Below are positions 1-8,903 of a stretch of 32,000 bases of DNA, one piece after another. Position 1 is the first letter of the stretch. Each line of letters opens with the position of its first letter. The notes below the pieces were generated by a model. The model had not been told where the DNA came from, made no database searches, and was given only the letters and a program-made list of their open reading frames with translations. The stretch comes from Dubosiella newyorkensis (GTDB lineage: Bacteria; Bacillota_I; Bacilli_A; Erysipelotrichales; Erysipelotrichaceae), in the NCBI RefSeq assembly GCF_001945605.1, contig NZ_MPKA01000067.1, forward strand, positions 89,519 through 121,518. Direction: 5' to 3'. The position numbers and the translations under genes were made by a program.

Positions 1-930
1 GCAACCGATGAAGATGGAAACACGACCACAGAAACAGGAACTTTGATCCGGGAAGAGGATTCGAAAGCGCCAACTTTAGTCGATCCGGATCAAAAGATCA
101 CGATCAAGCAAGGTGAAGAGCTCGATCTTTCCGCGATCAAAGTCAAAGACGATTTCGATCCAGAACCGACTGTGACGATGGATGAAGAATTCGATTCAGA
201 AGAAGCGGGAAAACAGACGATCACGATCAAAGTCTCCGATCGTTCCGGCAATGAAAAAGAATACGAACAGATCGTCAATGTGAAGGAAGATCCAGCCTAT
301 GGCAAAAAAGTCGTCTATTTGACTTTTGATGATGGTCCAAGCGAAAACACCGCCAAGATCTTAGATATTTTAGACAAATACAACGCGAAAGCGACGTTCT
401 TCGTGACCGGAAACCACCCAGAATACAATAAATATATGAAACGGGCCGCTAAAGAAGGCCATACGATCGGCCTCCACACGTATACACATAACTATTCCCA
501 ACTGTACAGCAGCGAGGAAGCGTATTTCGATGACTTGCAGCAGATCTCGGATATGGTCGAAGATGTGACGGGCAAAAAATCAAAAGTGATCCGTTTTCCG
601 GGAGGTTCGAGCAATATGATCTCGGCCAATTATGTCGATGGTCTCATGACTACGCTTACCCAGAAAGTCCAAGAACAAGGCTATCAATATTTCGATTGGA
701 ACGTCGATTCGACCGACGCGAGCGGCAACCGGGTCCCTGTTTCGCAGCTTGTCGAAAACGCCACCGCGAGCGATGATCAATACATCAACATTTTGATGCA
801 CGATACAGATGCCAAAGACACGACCGTCGAAGCGCTGCCGGAAATCATTAAATATTATAAAGACAAAGGCTATGTGTTCTTGGGGCTGGATACGGATTCG
901 TACGCGCCTCATCACAATGTCGTCAACTAA
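1..930 (+). CDS. Secreted polysaccharide/peptidoglycan deacetylase (CE4, NodB homology domain) with an N-terminal Ig-like repeat. The 5' end lies outside the window.
   Basis: Frame 1 is open from base 1, so the track's Met at 43 is internal. NodB motifs are all present: TFDDGP, HTYTH, RFPGGS, DWNVDSTD, ILMHD. The upstream part (KITIKQGEELDL...TITIKVSDRSGNEKE) looks like a DUF5011/Ig-like surface repeat. Confidence 0.85.
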   Translation, partial: ATDEDGNTTTETGTLIREEDSKAPTLVDPDQKITIKQGEELDLSAIKVKDDFDPEPTVTMDEEFDSEEAGKQTITIKVSDRSGNEKEYEQIVNVKEDPAYGKKVVYLTFDDGPSENTAKILDILDKYNAKATFFVTGNHPEYNKYMKRAAKEGHTIGLHTYTHNYSQLYSSEEAYFDDLQQISDMVEDVTGKKSKVIRFPGGSSNMISANYVDGLMTTLTQKVQEQGYQYFDWNVDSTDASGNRVPVSQLVENATASDDQYINILMHDTDAKDTTVEALPEIIKYYKDKGYVFLGLDTDSYAPHHNVVN

Positions 931-950
931 AGAGCGGAAACGCTCTTTTC
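931..950 (+). terminator. Weak hairpin after the deacetylase gene (AGAGCG-gaaa-CGCTCT followed by TTTTC)
   Basis: Perfect 6 bp stem directly after the TAA stop, with a short T tract. The GNAT RBS follows at about 955-962, so read-through is possible. Confidence 0.4.
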
Positions 951-966
951 TAGAAAGAGGAGAAAG

Positions 967-1485
967 ATGGAAATCGAACTTAAAAAATGGAGTTTCGAGG
1001 ATGAAGAAGCTCTTACCAAACTATGCAACGCGATCGATCGAAGCTACTTATCCGATCGTCTTCCAAATCCCTATACGAAAAGCGCAGCCCAGTGGTGGCT
1101 CAATATGATCCAGGAAAACGAGAATAAAAACGGCGTGTTTCGAAAGATCGTCGCTCAAGGCAAGATCGTTGGCACGATCTCGGTCGAAAAAAAAGATGAT
1201 GTTAACCGGAAAGACGCGGAAATTGGATACTATGTGCTACCCGAAGAATACGGGAAAGGCATTATGAGCGAAGCCGTTAAGAAAATTTGCGAACTCGCTT
1301 TTCAAGAGCTCGACATCATTCGAATCACTGGATCGGTTTTCGAACCGAATATCGCCTCGAGAAGAGTGCTTGAAAAAAATGGTTTCTTGCTTGAAGGCGT
1401 TTTAAAAAGCGCGGTATTCAAAAACGATACGATCTATGATCTTTGCCTTTATGGAAAAGTTAAAGAAGATAAAAAAACTGGCTGA
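967..1485 (+). CDS. GNAT family N-acetyltransferase (RimJ/RimL-like)
   Basis: GAGGAG RBS lies 5 nt upstream of the ATG. The 172 aa protein has the typical GNAT core (IGYYVLPEEYGKGIMSEAV...ASRRVLEKNGFLLEG). Confidence 0.85.
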   Translation: MEIELKKWSFEDEEALTKLCNAIDRSYLSDRLPNPYTKSAAQWWLNMIQENENKNGVFRKIVAQGKIVGTISVEKKDDVNRKDAEIGYYVLPEEYGKGIMSEAVKKICELAFQELDIIRITGSVFEPNIASRRVLEKNGFLLEGVLKSAVFKNDTIYDLCLYGKVKEDKKTG

Positions 1486-1507
1486 AATTTTTTTCAGCCA
1501 GTTTTTC
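1471..1507. terminator. Bidirectional intrinsic terminator between the convergent GNAT and HAD genes
   Basis: Perfect 10 bp stem CTGGCTGAAA/TTTCAGCCAG with a TTTT loop, flanked by an A run (1471-1477) and a T run (1502-1506). Confidence 0.8.
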
Positions 1508-1509
1508 AT

Positions 1510-2352
1510 TCAATCGATCAGCTTCAAATATTTGAACGCGTTGTAGAGGCCATCCTCGTTCACATCGTCTGTGATATAATCAGCCGCTGCCTTGATGCCT
1601 TCTCCTCCATTGCCCATCGCCACATTGTAGTGACAAAGCTCGAACATCGAAAGATCGATATTCGCGTCCCCAAAAGAAATTGTATCGGCTTGATCGGCCT
1701 TCAAATGATCGAGAAGCACTTCGATCGCATGCTTTTTCGTGATCCCTGTCGGCCCTAGATCGCCAAAGAGCGCCTGCTCGCCTTTGCCGCCCCAAGTATT
1801 GGCGACCAACTCAGGAAACGCCTCCTTGGAGTCAAGATGATCTTGATACGAAGAAAGAATAAAGCTGATCTTGTTCACATCTTCGCGGTAAAGATCTTCG
1901 TTTTCCAAGAAGATGAATCCATTCACGAAAGAGTTGGCGCTCGCCTTGGCGCTTGCTTCATCCGCTCCTTTCCCGGTCGCATATTTCTGCATCACGATCG
2001 GGCCTTGCTCTTTCATATATTCGTTGGCGTACATGCCTGAATTGGCTTCCAAATAAAAGCCGAGTTTTCTTTCGTTGCACCAGTCAACGATCTTTTGAAC
2101 CTCTTCTTTGCTCAATCCTTGATGCATCACGACCTGACCCGCATCTTCCACATAGGCGCCATTCCCGCCGATCATTCCATCTAGTTCTGGCAAATCGCGC
2201 TGTTCGATCTCCGCCTTCGAGCATCCCGTGCAAATATAGACTTTATGCCCGTTTTTGCGCGCTTGATCCACCGCTTTTTTCGCGGAGGCGGGCGTTTTCG
2301 CTTCATAATCGATCAATGTGCCATCGACATCCAAAAATACGATCTTACTCAT
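1510..2352 (-). CDS. Cof-type HAD-IIB family hydrolase (sugar phosphatase-like)
   Basis: Motif I is FLDVDGTL, and the C-terminal motif is FGDANIDLSMF...MGNG. I chose the start at the ATG 2350-2352 because GGAGG lies 7 nt upstream. The longer track ORF (to 2394) lacks an RBS. Confidence 0.85.
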   Translation of the reverse strand: MSKIVFLDVDGTLIDYEAKTPASAKKAVDQARKNGHKVYICTGCSKAEIEQRDLPELDGMIGGNGAYVEDAGQVVMHQGLSKEEVQKIVDWCNERKLGFYLEANSGMYANEYMKEQGPIVMQKYATGKGADEASAKASANSFVNGFIFLENEDLYREDVNKISFILSSYQDHLDSKEAFPELVANTWGGKGEQALFGDLGPTGITKKHAIEVLLDHLKADQADTISFGDANIDLSMFELCHYNVAMGNGGEGIKAAADYITDDVNEDGLYNAFKYLKLID

Positions 2353-2379
2353 TCCTGTTCCTCCTTCTTTCTTTTTTTC

Positions 2380-2388
2380 ATTATACCA
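2380..2388 (-). promoter_or_regulatory. Candidate extended -10 promoter (TGGTATAAT) for the HAD gene
   Basis: The minus strand reads TTTGATTTGGTATAATGAAAAAAAGAAAGAAGGAGG. This is a TGnTATAAT consensus, but the -35 is poor. Confidence 0.4.
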
Positions 2389-2422
2389 AATCAAAAAAAG
2401 CGAATATATGGAACGCTGTTAC

Positions 2423-2447
2423 AAAAAAAAGACCCGTTCTCCGGGTC
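2423..2447 (-). terminator. Intrinsic terminator closing the 11-gene filament/signalling operon
   Basis: The minus strand reads GACCCGGAGAACGGGTC followed by TTTTTTTT. The stem is 6 bp GC-rich with a 5 nt loop, and it overlaps the PocR stop codon. Confidence 0.8.
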
Positions 2448-2934
2448 ATTCGCAAAGCGTTTTGTAGTAAGAAAGAAGCGCCAATAAAAGCTGAATACTG
2501 TCGTTGACTTCTTCTTCATCCATTTCCACGATCTTCTCGTAATTTTGCATCATGATCTCTTTTGGCAGATCGTATTTCACAACGATATACTCGATCCAGC
2601 GTTCCTTGTCTTCGATTTGCTGAGAAGTGATGACGCCCTCCGAGACGATAACGCCTTTCACATCCTCAAAGTCTACAGGAACCGACCATTTCACTAGACC
2701 AGCGTGGCATGAATACATTTGGATCTCGTTTTTTCCTAACGCATTCGTATAATTCTCTATAGTGCAAGCTTCGCAATGTTCGAGCGCTTTATTACTCATT
2801 TTAATGCACTTGCAAAAGAAGTTTTTCTCCTTCGCGCTATCCACATCGCCAATATCTTGAACAAAATATGAGCGAAGACCTGTTATTTGATGATAGAAAT
2901 CCATTGCTTTTTGAATTGCTTCCAATGATCTCAT
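2446..2934 (-). CDS. Stand-alone PocR sensory-domain protein (no output domain)
   Basis: PocR hallmarks are present: FFCKC...HCEAC and YSCHAGLVKWSVPV...KGVIVSEGV. At 162 aa it has no HTH or kinase domain. Confidence 0.7.
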   Translation of the reverse strand: MRSLEAIQKAMDFYHQITGLRSYFVQDIGDVDSAKEKNFFCKCIKMSNKALEHCEACTIENYTNALGKNEIQMYSCHAGLVKWSVPVDFEDVKGVIVSEGVITSQQIEDKERWIEYIVVKYDLPKEIMMQNYEKIVEMDEEEVNDSIQLLLALLSYYKTLCE

Positions 2935-2995
2935 AATCCTAAATCCCTCCGATTCGTATTCTTTTCTTTTATTTAACCACAGAATGAAAGCGTAT

Positions 2996-5458
2996 TCAAG
3001 ATATGGAAGGCGCAGACAAATATTTCCGCAACATCTGCATCACCAAAGCGATATCGATCGGCTTTGGAATATGGGCATTCATGCCCGCTTCTTTCGCGCG
3101 GGTCGCGTCTTCATTGAACGCGTCGGCCGTCATCGCCAAGATCAATACATCCGCATCCGCCCTCTTGGAATGGCGGATCCTTTTCGCCGCCTCATAACCA
3201 TCCATGTTCGGCATCCGGATATCCATCAAAATCGCGTCATAATAGCCGACCGAACTCGATTCGAAAAGATCGAGCGCCTCTTTTCCATCCTTCGCCCGCT
3301 CCAAAAGCAAACCTCGCTCCTCGAGAAGATCGTGCGCGATCTCATAATTGAGCTCGTTATCTTCCGCGATCAAGATCCGCTTTCCAGCAAGAGAACTATT
3401 CTCTTCCTTCTTTTCCACTTCCTTTTCTTCAAGCGTAAAGAACGGCTGTATCCCTTCATATAAAGAAGAAGGAAACAGAGGCTTTTGAATAAATCCATCA
3501 ATACCCGCCTCTTTGGCTTGGCTTTGGATCTCCGAAAAATCATAAGCCGAAATCAAAATGATCGGGATCGGCTCGGCCACCTGTGCACGGATCCTTTTCG
3601 CCAATTCGATCCCATCGCAAGATGGCATCTTCCAGTCGAGAAGAACCACATCATAGTGCTTCTCCTTGAGCTTGTTCAGCGCCTTGTTCACATCGATATA
3701 GGATTCCAAAGAAATTCCCATCTGTTCGAGCGATTCCGACACCGTTTCGAGAAAGAGCGGATCATCATCGATCACCATGAGATTGAGCGGAGGCAAAGAA
3801 ACAACCGTTCCTTGTGCGCTGGCCTTCTTCAGATCCAAAATGACATGGAACTGGCTGCCCGAGCCGATCTCACTTTCGATCAAGATCTGTCCGCCCATCG
3901 CGTCAATAATATGTTTCGTGATCGCCATTCCTAAACCACTGCCCTCTGTATGATCCACGACCTGGCTTCTTTCGCGCGTGAAAGAATCATAGATCTTGGC
4001 GATAAATTCTTTCGACATGCCAATACCCGTATCTTCCACGACCATATGAAGACGAATGAATTCAGGCTTGTCCTCTAAGGCCTCTTCTCGTAAGCTTACC
4101 GTGATCCGTCCGCCCTCTGGCGTAAATTTGATCGCGTTCGATAATAAATTCATAAAGATCTGGGACATCCGCACAGAATCGCCATATACGTTTTCATACT
4201 CCACGTTGCTCAAAAGCACATCAAAATCTTGATGCTTCGCGAGAACTTGGGGCTGAGCGATCGCCACAATGTCCCCCACAAGCTCTTTGAGCGATAAAAC
4301 TTCATATTGCAGCGTCAATTTGCCGCTTTCGATCTTCGACATATCGAGCACATCGTTGATCAAACTCAAAAGATGCTTACTCGACTGCATGATCTTCAAA
4401 AGACAATGCTTCACTCGATCTCTATCCTCTTCATGCGCCAATGCGATCGTCGTCATTCCCATGATCCCATTCATTGGCGTCCGGATATCGTGCGACATTT
4501 TTGACAAGAATTCGCTTTTGGCGTTGCTAGCCACCATAAGCTTGTCATTTAAGATCCGAAGCTGCTCGATCTGACGCTTCGAGAACCGATAATATTGATA
4601 AAATCCGATCAATAAAACGCCAAAGATCAAGACAGAACCAAGACCGATCCAAAAGATCGTCTTCATGTTCAACCCATTGATCAAATCGTTGATCACGCCA
4701 AAAGGCATCGTCGTGATCAAATACGATTTTGTATACGGCAAAGGCGTCGCATAGATCCGGATCCTTTCTCCATGCTCCGTCCAGACATTCGAATACGTCT
4801 CGTTTTTCTCCATCGCTTGCTGTAGACCTTTGACATCTTCGGATTTCCAACGATCAAAATAAGACCCATTGAAACCGTCGTCCGAATCGCGGATCACATA
4901 CGAGCCATCGTTGGCAATGATCAAGCTCGCCACCGGACTTTTCTCTTCCGGCTTAAATAGACGAGCCGCCAAGTCGGTAGCCGGAATCTCGCCCACTAAA
5001 GCTTTTCCACGATACGGGATCCCAAAAGCGATCACTCTCCCGTTTTGAGAGGTGCCTGTGCGAACGACGATCTCGCCATCTTGGATCCCCTTCAAAAAAG
5101 AAGCTTTACTGTTGAGCTCGCTTGGATCGCCATAGAGAAGATCTACATTTCCTTGACTATCGTAGATCGCCAAAGAACTCATCCCTTTTGTCTTGGCGCT
5201 CTCGATCATATCGGCTTGATCTTCATTCAAGCCGATCTCCGCGAGTTGGTCCAGCCTTGTCTCTACGATCGTCTCGAAATGCTGGACATTTTTATCGCTG
5301 ATCCCTTCCATATAAATGTTTCCGATTTCAGTGATCGTCTTCACGCTATCGTGCTGCAGGACATAGATCAAGCCAGTCATGATGGCTACACTCAACACGA
5401 TGAACCCAATAAAACAAAGGAGCATCGGCTTTAATGAAAAATTCTTTTGTTCATTCAT
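2996..5458 (-). CDS. Hybrid sensor histidine kinase: TM, approx 230 aa extracytoplasmic Cache-like domain, TM, HisKA, HATPase_c, REC, REC
   Basis: H-box is MSHDIRTPMNGI and the G-boxes are DTGIGM and GSGLGM. Two receiver domains carry acceptor Asp residues in VLLDWKMP and ILMDIRMP. Two hydrophobic segments flank a Cache-like region. The ATG overlaps the Hpt stop (ATGA). Confidence 0.9.
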   Translation of the reverse strand: MNEQKNFSLKPMLLCFIGFIVLSVAIMTGLIYVLQHDSVKTITEIGNIYMEGISDKNVQHFETIVETRLDQLAEIGLNEDQADMIESAKTKGMSSLAIYDSQGNVDLLYGDPSELNSKASFLKGIQDGEIVVRTGTSQNGRVIAFGIPYRGKALVGEIPATDLAARLFKPEEKSPVASLIIANDGSYVIRDSDDGFNGSYFDRWKSEDVKGLQQAMEKNETYSNVWTEHGERIRIYATPLPYTKSYLITTMPFGVINDLINGLNMKTIFWIGLGSVLIFGVLLIGFYQYYRFSKRQIEQLRILNDKLMVASNAKSEFLSKMSHDIRTPMNGIMGMTTIALAHEEDRDRVKHCLLKIMQSSKHLLSLINDVLDMSKIESGKLTLQYEVLSLKELVGDIVAIAQPQVLAKHQDFDVLLSNVEYENVYGDSVRMSQIFMNLLSNAIKFTPEGGRITVSLREEALEDKPEFIRLHMVVEDTGIGMSKEFIAKIYDSFTRERSQVVDHTEGSGLGMAITKHIIDAMGGQILIESEIGSGSQFHVILDLKKASAQGTVVSLPPLNLMVIDDDPLFLETVSESLEQMGISLESYIDVNKALNKLKEKHYDVVLLDWKMPSCDGIELAKRIRAQVAEPIPIILISAYDFSEIQSQAKEAGIDGFIQKPLFPSSLYEGIQPFFTLEEKEVEKKEENSSLAGKRILIAEDNELNYEIAHDLLEERGLLLERAKDGKEALDLFESSSVGYYDAILMDIRMPNMDGYEAAKRIRHSKRADADVLILAMTADAFNEDATRAKEAGMNAHIPKPIDIALVMQMLRKYLSAPSIS

Positions 5459-5802
5459 ATTTTCTCGATCGCTTGAATCGCCCGCTCATACACGGGCACA
5501 GTTTCCTCAAAAACAAGCACGCCCTGCTCATCCCATTCATGCCGCAAGAGATCCGATAATTGATTGGCTTGCATATACAGATCGTGCATGCCTAAATTCT
5601 GGCATACCCCTTTCAGTGTGTGGGCCGCCAAAAACGCTTGTTCCCGATCTTTGTTTTGGATCGCTTCCTGCAATGAAGCAAAGCTAGGATCGTCGATAAA
5701 TTTCTTTAAAAACTTCACGATCATCTTATCGCTTGGAAGTCGCTTTCGGACCTCCTCGTACGAACCTCCTAATTCCTTAAAACAATCTTTTAATGTATAC
5801 AT
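5455..5802 (-). CDS. Hpt (histidine phosphotransfer) domain protein
   Basis: The 115 aa protein has the phosphorylatable-His motif AAHTLKGVCQNLG. AAGGAG RBS lies 6 nt upstream. Confidence 0.8.
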   Translation of the reverse strand: MYTLKDCFKELGGSYEEVRKRLPSDKMIVKFLKKFIDDPSFASLQEAIQNKDREQAFLAAHTLKGVCQNLGMHDLYMQANQLSDLLRHEWDEQGVLVFEETVPVYERAIQAIEKI

Positions 5803-5803
5803 C

Positions 5804-7843
5804 CTACTCTCCTTTATAGATTTTTAGACAACCGCGGCCGCTCCGCTTCGCTTCATAAAGCATAAAATCCGCCACATTGAACAAATCGTCAAAATTCCGT
5901 TTGATATATTCTGTACTTGCCACACCCATACTGATCGAAATCGGAAACCCTTTATAAGAGCCACTGCTGATCGTATGGAAGATCCGGTCCATGATCGTCT
6001 CCAAATTCCCTGGATATTGAAGCATGATCAAAAACTCATCGCCGCCGATCCGCCCGGCAATATCGAGCTTGCGGATCGAGCCTTGGATCCGTTTGGCTAA
6101 ATAAGCAAGCACCTCGTCTCCAAAGGCGTGTCCATATTCATCGTTGGCGTTTTTGAAAAAATCAAGATCAAGGATCGCAATCGCGTACTCCATCATTTCG
6201 TCCGCTTCCTCGAGCCGTTTTTTCACTTGGATCTGGGTATAATTCTTATTTAAAAGACCAGTCAATTCATCGATCGAAGCGCTTCGCTCCAACATCTCGT
6301 GCGTCATCTTTTGAGAATGGATATCCAAAAGCAAGCCTAAATAGCCACGCACATCTTTTGGATCCTTTTCATGATAGAGCGGATGCAAAATGATCCGCCA
6401 CCAATGCGGCTCTCCGCCATGCTCCGTCGAAAAATTAAAATCGATATCGTCCTCTTTCCCTTTTGAACATTCGATCTCGTGCAGGATCCGATCTATATTT
6501 TCTTTTCCTAGCTTTTCAAGCAAAAGAGGATCGTGCTGCGGATCCAGGATCGAAGAAGGGATCTCGTATTTTTTCGCCATCGAAGACGAGATCGTCAAAA
6601 ACATCGGATCGAGCGAGATCTCAAAACGGATCTCCTGAGTCTTCTCTGAATAAAACGTATACGAGATCTGATCGCGCTTCGAAATCAGATCAAGCGCTTC
6701 TGCCGCAAAATCATCCCGCAACGAAGGCGTCAAGATCGGATCGGTGCATAAATCAAGGAACTCGCGCCGATCGCTGATGACCTCCATCTTTGCCATCTGC
6801 ACGATCTCTTTGAGCTCCTTTTGCACCGTCGGATCTTTGAGCACTTGCAGAAGCAACGGATTGAAGCAGCCACATTCGCCATTCAAGATCATATCGATCG
6901 CTTTTTGCGGAGGGAACGCTTTCTTATAGACACGCTCCATCGTCAGCGCGTCATAAACGTCCGCGATCGCGACCACTTGCGCGCTGATCGGGATCTCGCT
7001 TCCCTTCAGGCCATCCGGATACCCGCTTCCATCAAAGCGTTCATGGTGCCATCTGGCGATCTGCTTTGAAACGATCATAAGCGGTTCGTTGCGATAATTC
7101 GGCACTTTATTCAAAATGTCATATCCGTTTTTGGCGTGCTTCTTGATCTGCTCGAATTCTTCTGGATCGAGGCGAGAGGGTTTGTTTAAGATCTTGGAAG
7201 GCACTGTGATCTTTCCGACATCGTGCAAGGAAGAAGCGAGCGCGATCTGCTCGATCGTCTCATTGTCCAATTTGAGTTGCGGATCGATCTCGGTCAGCTT
7301 TTTTAAAAGGACTTTCGTGATCTGCCGCACATTCAAGACGTGCTGTCCGCTCTCCTCGTTTCTAAATTCGACAATATGCGACAAGATGTTGATGAGCATG
7401 TCGCTTTGCTTGCCTTGCTCCTTAACCTGCTTTTGGACAAGGTATTGGAGCCGTTTTTGTTTGGCGTGCGCCAAGATCGTATTTTCGACACGATGTCGAA
7501 CGATCGAGACATTGAACGGGCGAACGATAAAATCAAAAATCCCATATCCATACGCTTGATCGATAAACTCGCCATCGCTCTCTGCCGTGATCATGATGAT
7601 TGGGATCTGGCTTAGCCAACCTCTTTGTTTCATGATCTTCAAAAACTCAAAACCATTCATGTGCGGCATATAGTAATCCAGCAAGATCAAAGAAATCCCA
7701 TGCGGATCTTTTTCCACGACTTGAAGGCCCTCGAATCCGTTATCCGCTTTGATGATTTCATATTGCTCCTCCAAGATCTCGCTGAGCATCTCCTGATTGA
7801 AGGCCGAATCATCGACGATCAATATTTTTGGCTTTTGATCCAT
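5804..7843 (-). CDS. Response regulator with REC, HD-GYP phosphodiesterase, PAS-like linker and GGDEF diguanylate cyclase domains
   Basis: REC: ILIVDD...LILLDYYMP. HD-GYP: LHDVGK...HHERFDGSGYPDGL. GGDEF: GRIGGDEFLI, with an RxxD I-site (RKLD) exactly 5 residues upstream. Confidence 0.9.
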   Translation of the reverse strand: MDQKPKILIVDDSAFNQEMLSEILEEQYEIIKADNGFEGLQVVEKDPHGISLILLDYYMPHMNGFEFLKIMKQRGWLSQIPIIMITAESDGEFIDQAYGYGIFDFIVRPFNVSIVRHRVENTILAHAKQKRLQYLVQKQVKEQGKQSDMLINILSHIVEFRNEESGQHVLNVRQITKVLLKKLTEIDPQLKLDNETIEQIALASSLHDVGKITVPSKILNKPSRLDPEEFEQIKKHAKNGYDILNKVPNYRNEPLMIVSKQIARWHHERFDGSGYPDGLKGSEIPISAQVVAIADVYDALTMERVYKKAFPPQKAIDMILNGECGCFNPLLLQVLKDPTVQKELKEIVQMAKMEVISDRREFLDLCTDPILTPSLRDDFAAEALDLISKRDQISYTFYSEKTQEIRFEISLDPMFLTISSSMAKKYEIPSSILDPQHDPLLLEKLGKENIDRILHEIECSKGKEDDIDFNFSTEHGGEPHWWRIILHPLYHEKDPKDVRGYLGLLLDIHSQKMTHEMLERSASIDELTGLLNKNYTQIQVKKRLEEADEMMEYAIAILDLDFFKNANDEYGHAFGDEVLAYLAKRIQGSIRKLDIAGRIGGDEFLIMLQYPGNLETIMDRIFHTISSGSYKGFPISISMGVASTEYIKRNFDDLFNVADFMLYEAKRSGRGCLKIYKGE

Positions 7844-7845
7844 AC

Positions 7846-8901
7846 TTATCGGACCTTTCTTTGAAAGGCGATCGGATCTTGGACAAAGCCGAGCGCCTTT
7901 TCCTTTGAGACGATTTTATTTCGCACCAGTTCTGCGATCGAATCGTCCATCGAGATCATTCCTTGTTCTTTGGAAGTATGGATCACGTTGTTGATCTGGA
8001 AGATCTTGCCTTCCCGGATCAAATTCGCGATCGCCGGAGTCACGATCATGATCTCGAAAGCAGGATGCAGCTTGCCATCTTCTCCAGGAATGAGCTGCTG
8101 CGAGACGACCGCTTTGAGCACCATCGAAAGCTGTACCCGGATCTGCGATTGCTGATTGGGCGGAAAGGCGTCGATGATGCGGTCGATCGTCTTGGCCGCC
8201 CCTAACGTATGCAAGCTCGACAAGAGCAGCTGTCCTGTCTCGGCGGCGCTGATCGCCGTTTGGATCGTTTCAAAATCACGCATTTCTCCAAGCAAGATCA
8301 CATTGGGCGTTTGTCGAAGCGCGGCCCTTAGCGCCGCGGCATAATCCTTGGTATCGAGCGAGATCTCTCTTTGCGAGATCAAAGAACGCTTATGCGAATG
8401 GATGAATTCGATCGGATCTTCAAGAGTGATGATATGCCCACCCTTATTTTCGTTGATACGATCGATCAAGCACGCTAAAGTGGTCGACTTTCCGCTTCCC
8501 GCAGGCCCTGTGACCAGCACCATTCCATTTTTTGTGTTGGCCAGCTCTAAGATCGAAGGCAAGATTTCCATATGCTTTGGATCTGGCAAGCCAAAAGGGA
8601 CGACCCGTACGACGCAGGCAAAAGAGCCTCTTTGTTTATAGGCATTGCATCGAAACCGTCCAAGAGAAGGAATGGCGAACGAAAAATCATCATCGCCGCT
8701 TTTTTTCAGCGTTTCTTTGTCGCGATCTGCTATTTTATAAATCTGGTCGATCCACATCGAAGAATCGCTGGGCATGATTTTCTTTTCAAAGAGCGGTTTC
8801 AATTTCCCTTCGGATTTGACTTGGATCGTGGCGCCCGGAATGATAAAAAGATCCGAACTTTTCTGAAGGATCGCTTCCTTCAAGATCTCTGAAATATCCA
8901 T
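7846..8901 (-). CDS. pilT: PilT-family type IV pilus (retraction-type) ATPase
   Basis: Walker A is GPAGSGKST; also HIITLEDPIEF and LLGEMRDFETI. The PilT-specific motif AIANLIREGK is present. I chose the start at ATG 8899-8901 (AGGAG upstream, 2 nt after the preceding stop). The track ORF extends to 8952 without support. Confidence 0.9.
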   Translation of the reverse strand: MDISEILKEAILQKSSDLFIIPGATIQVKSEGKLKPLFEKKIMPSDSSMWIDQIYKIADRDKETLKKSGDDDFSFAIPSLGRFRCNAYKQRGSFACVVRVVPFGLPDPKHMEILPSILELANTKNGMVLVTGPAGSGKSTTLACLIDRINENKGGHIITLEDPIEFIHSHKRSLISQREISLDTKDYAAALRAALRQTPNVILLGEMRDFETIQTAISAAETGQLLLSSLHTLGAAKTIDRIIDAFPPNQQSQIRVQLSMVLKAVVSQQLIPGEDGKLHPAFEIMIVTPAIANLIREGKIFQINNVIHTSKEQGMISMDDSIAELVRNKIVSKEKALGFVQDPIAFQRKVR

Positions 8902-8903
8902 GC

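Noticed and set aside
1953-2507. 184 aa plus-strand ORF (and 2245-2487) overlapping the HAD gene and its promoter/terminator region
   Set aside because: It is antisense to a well-supported HAD CDS and crosses a terminator hairpin. Its sequence is Ser/Arg/Pro-rich with no motif and no RBS.
2984-5434. Plus-strand ORFs antisense to the hybrid kinase gene (159 aa, 149 aa, 129 aa, 101 aa)
   Set aside because: They are shadows of an 820 aa CDS that has unambiguous HisKA, HATPase and REC motifs. They have no independent support.
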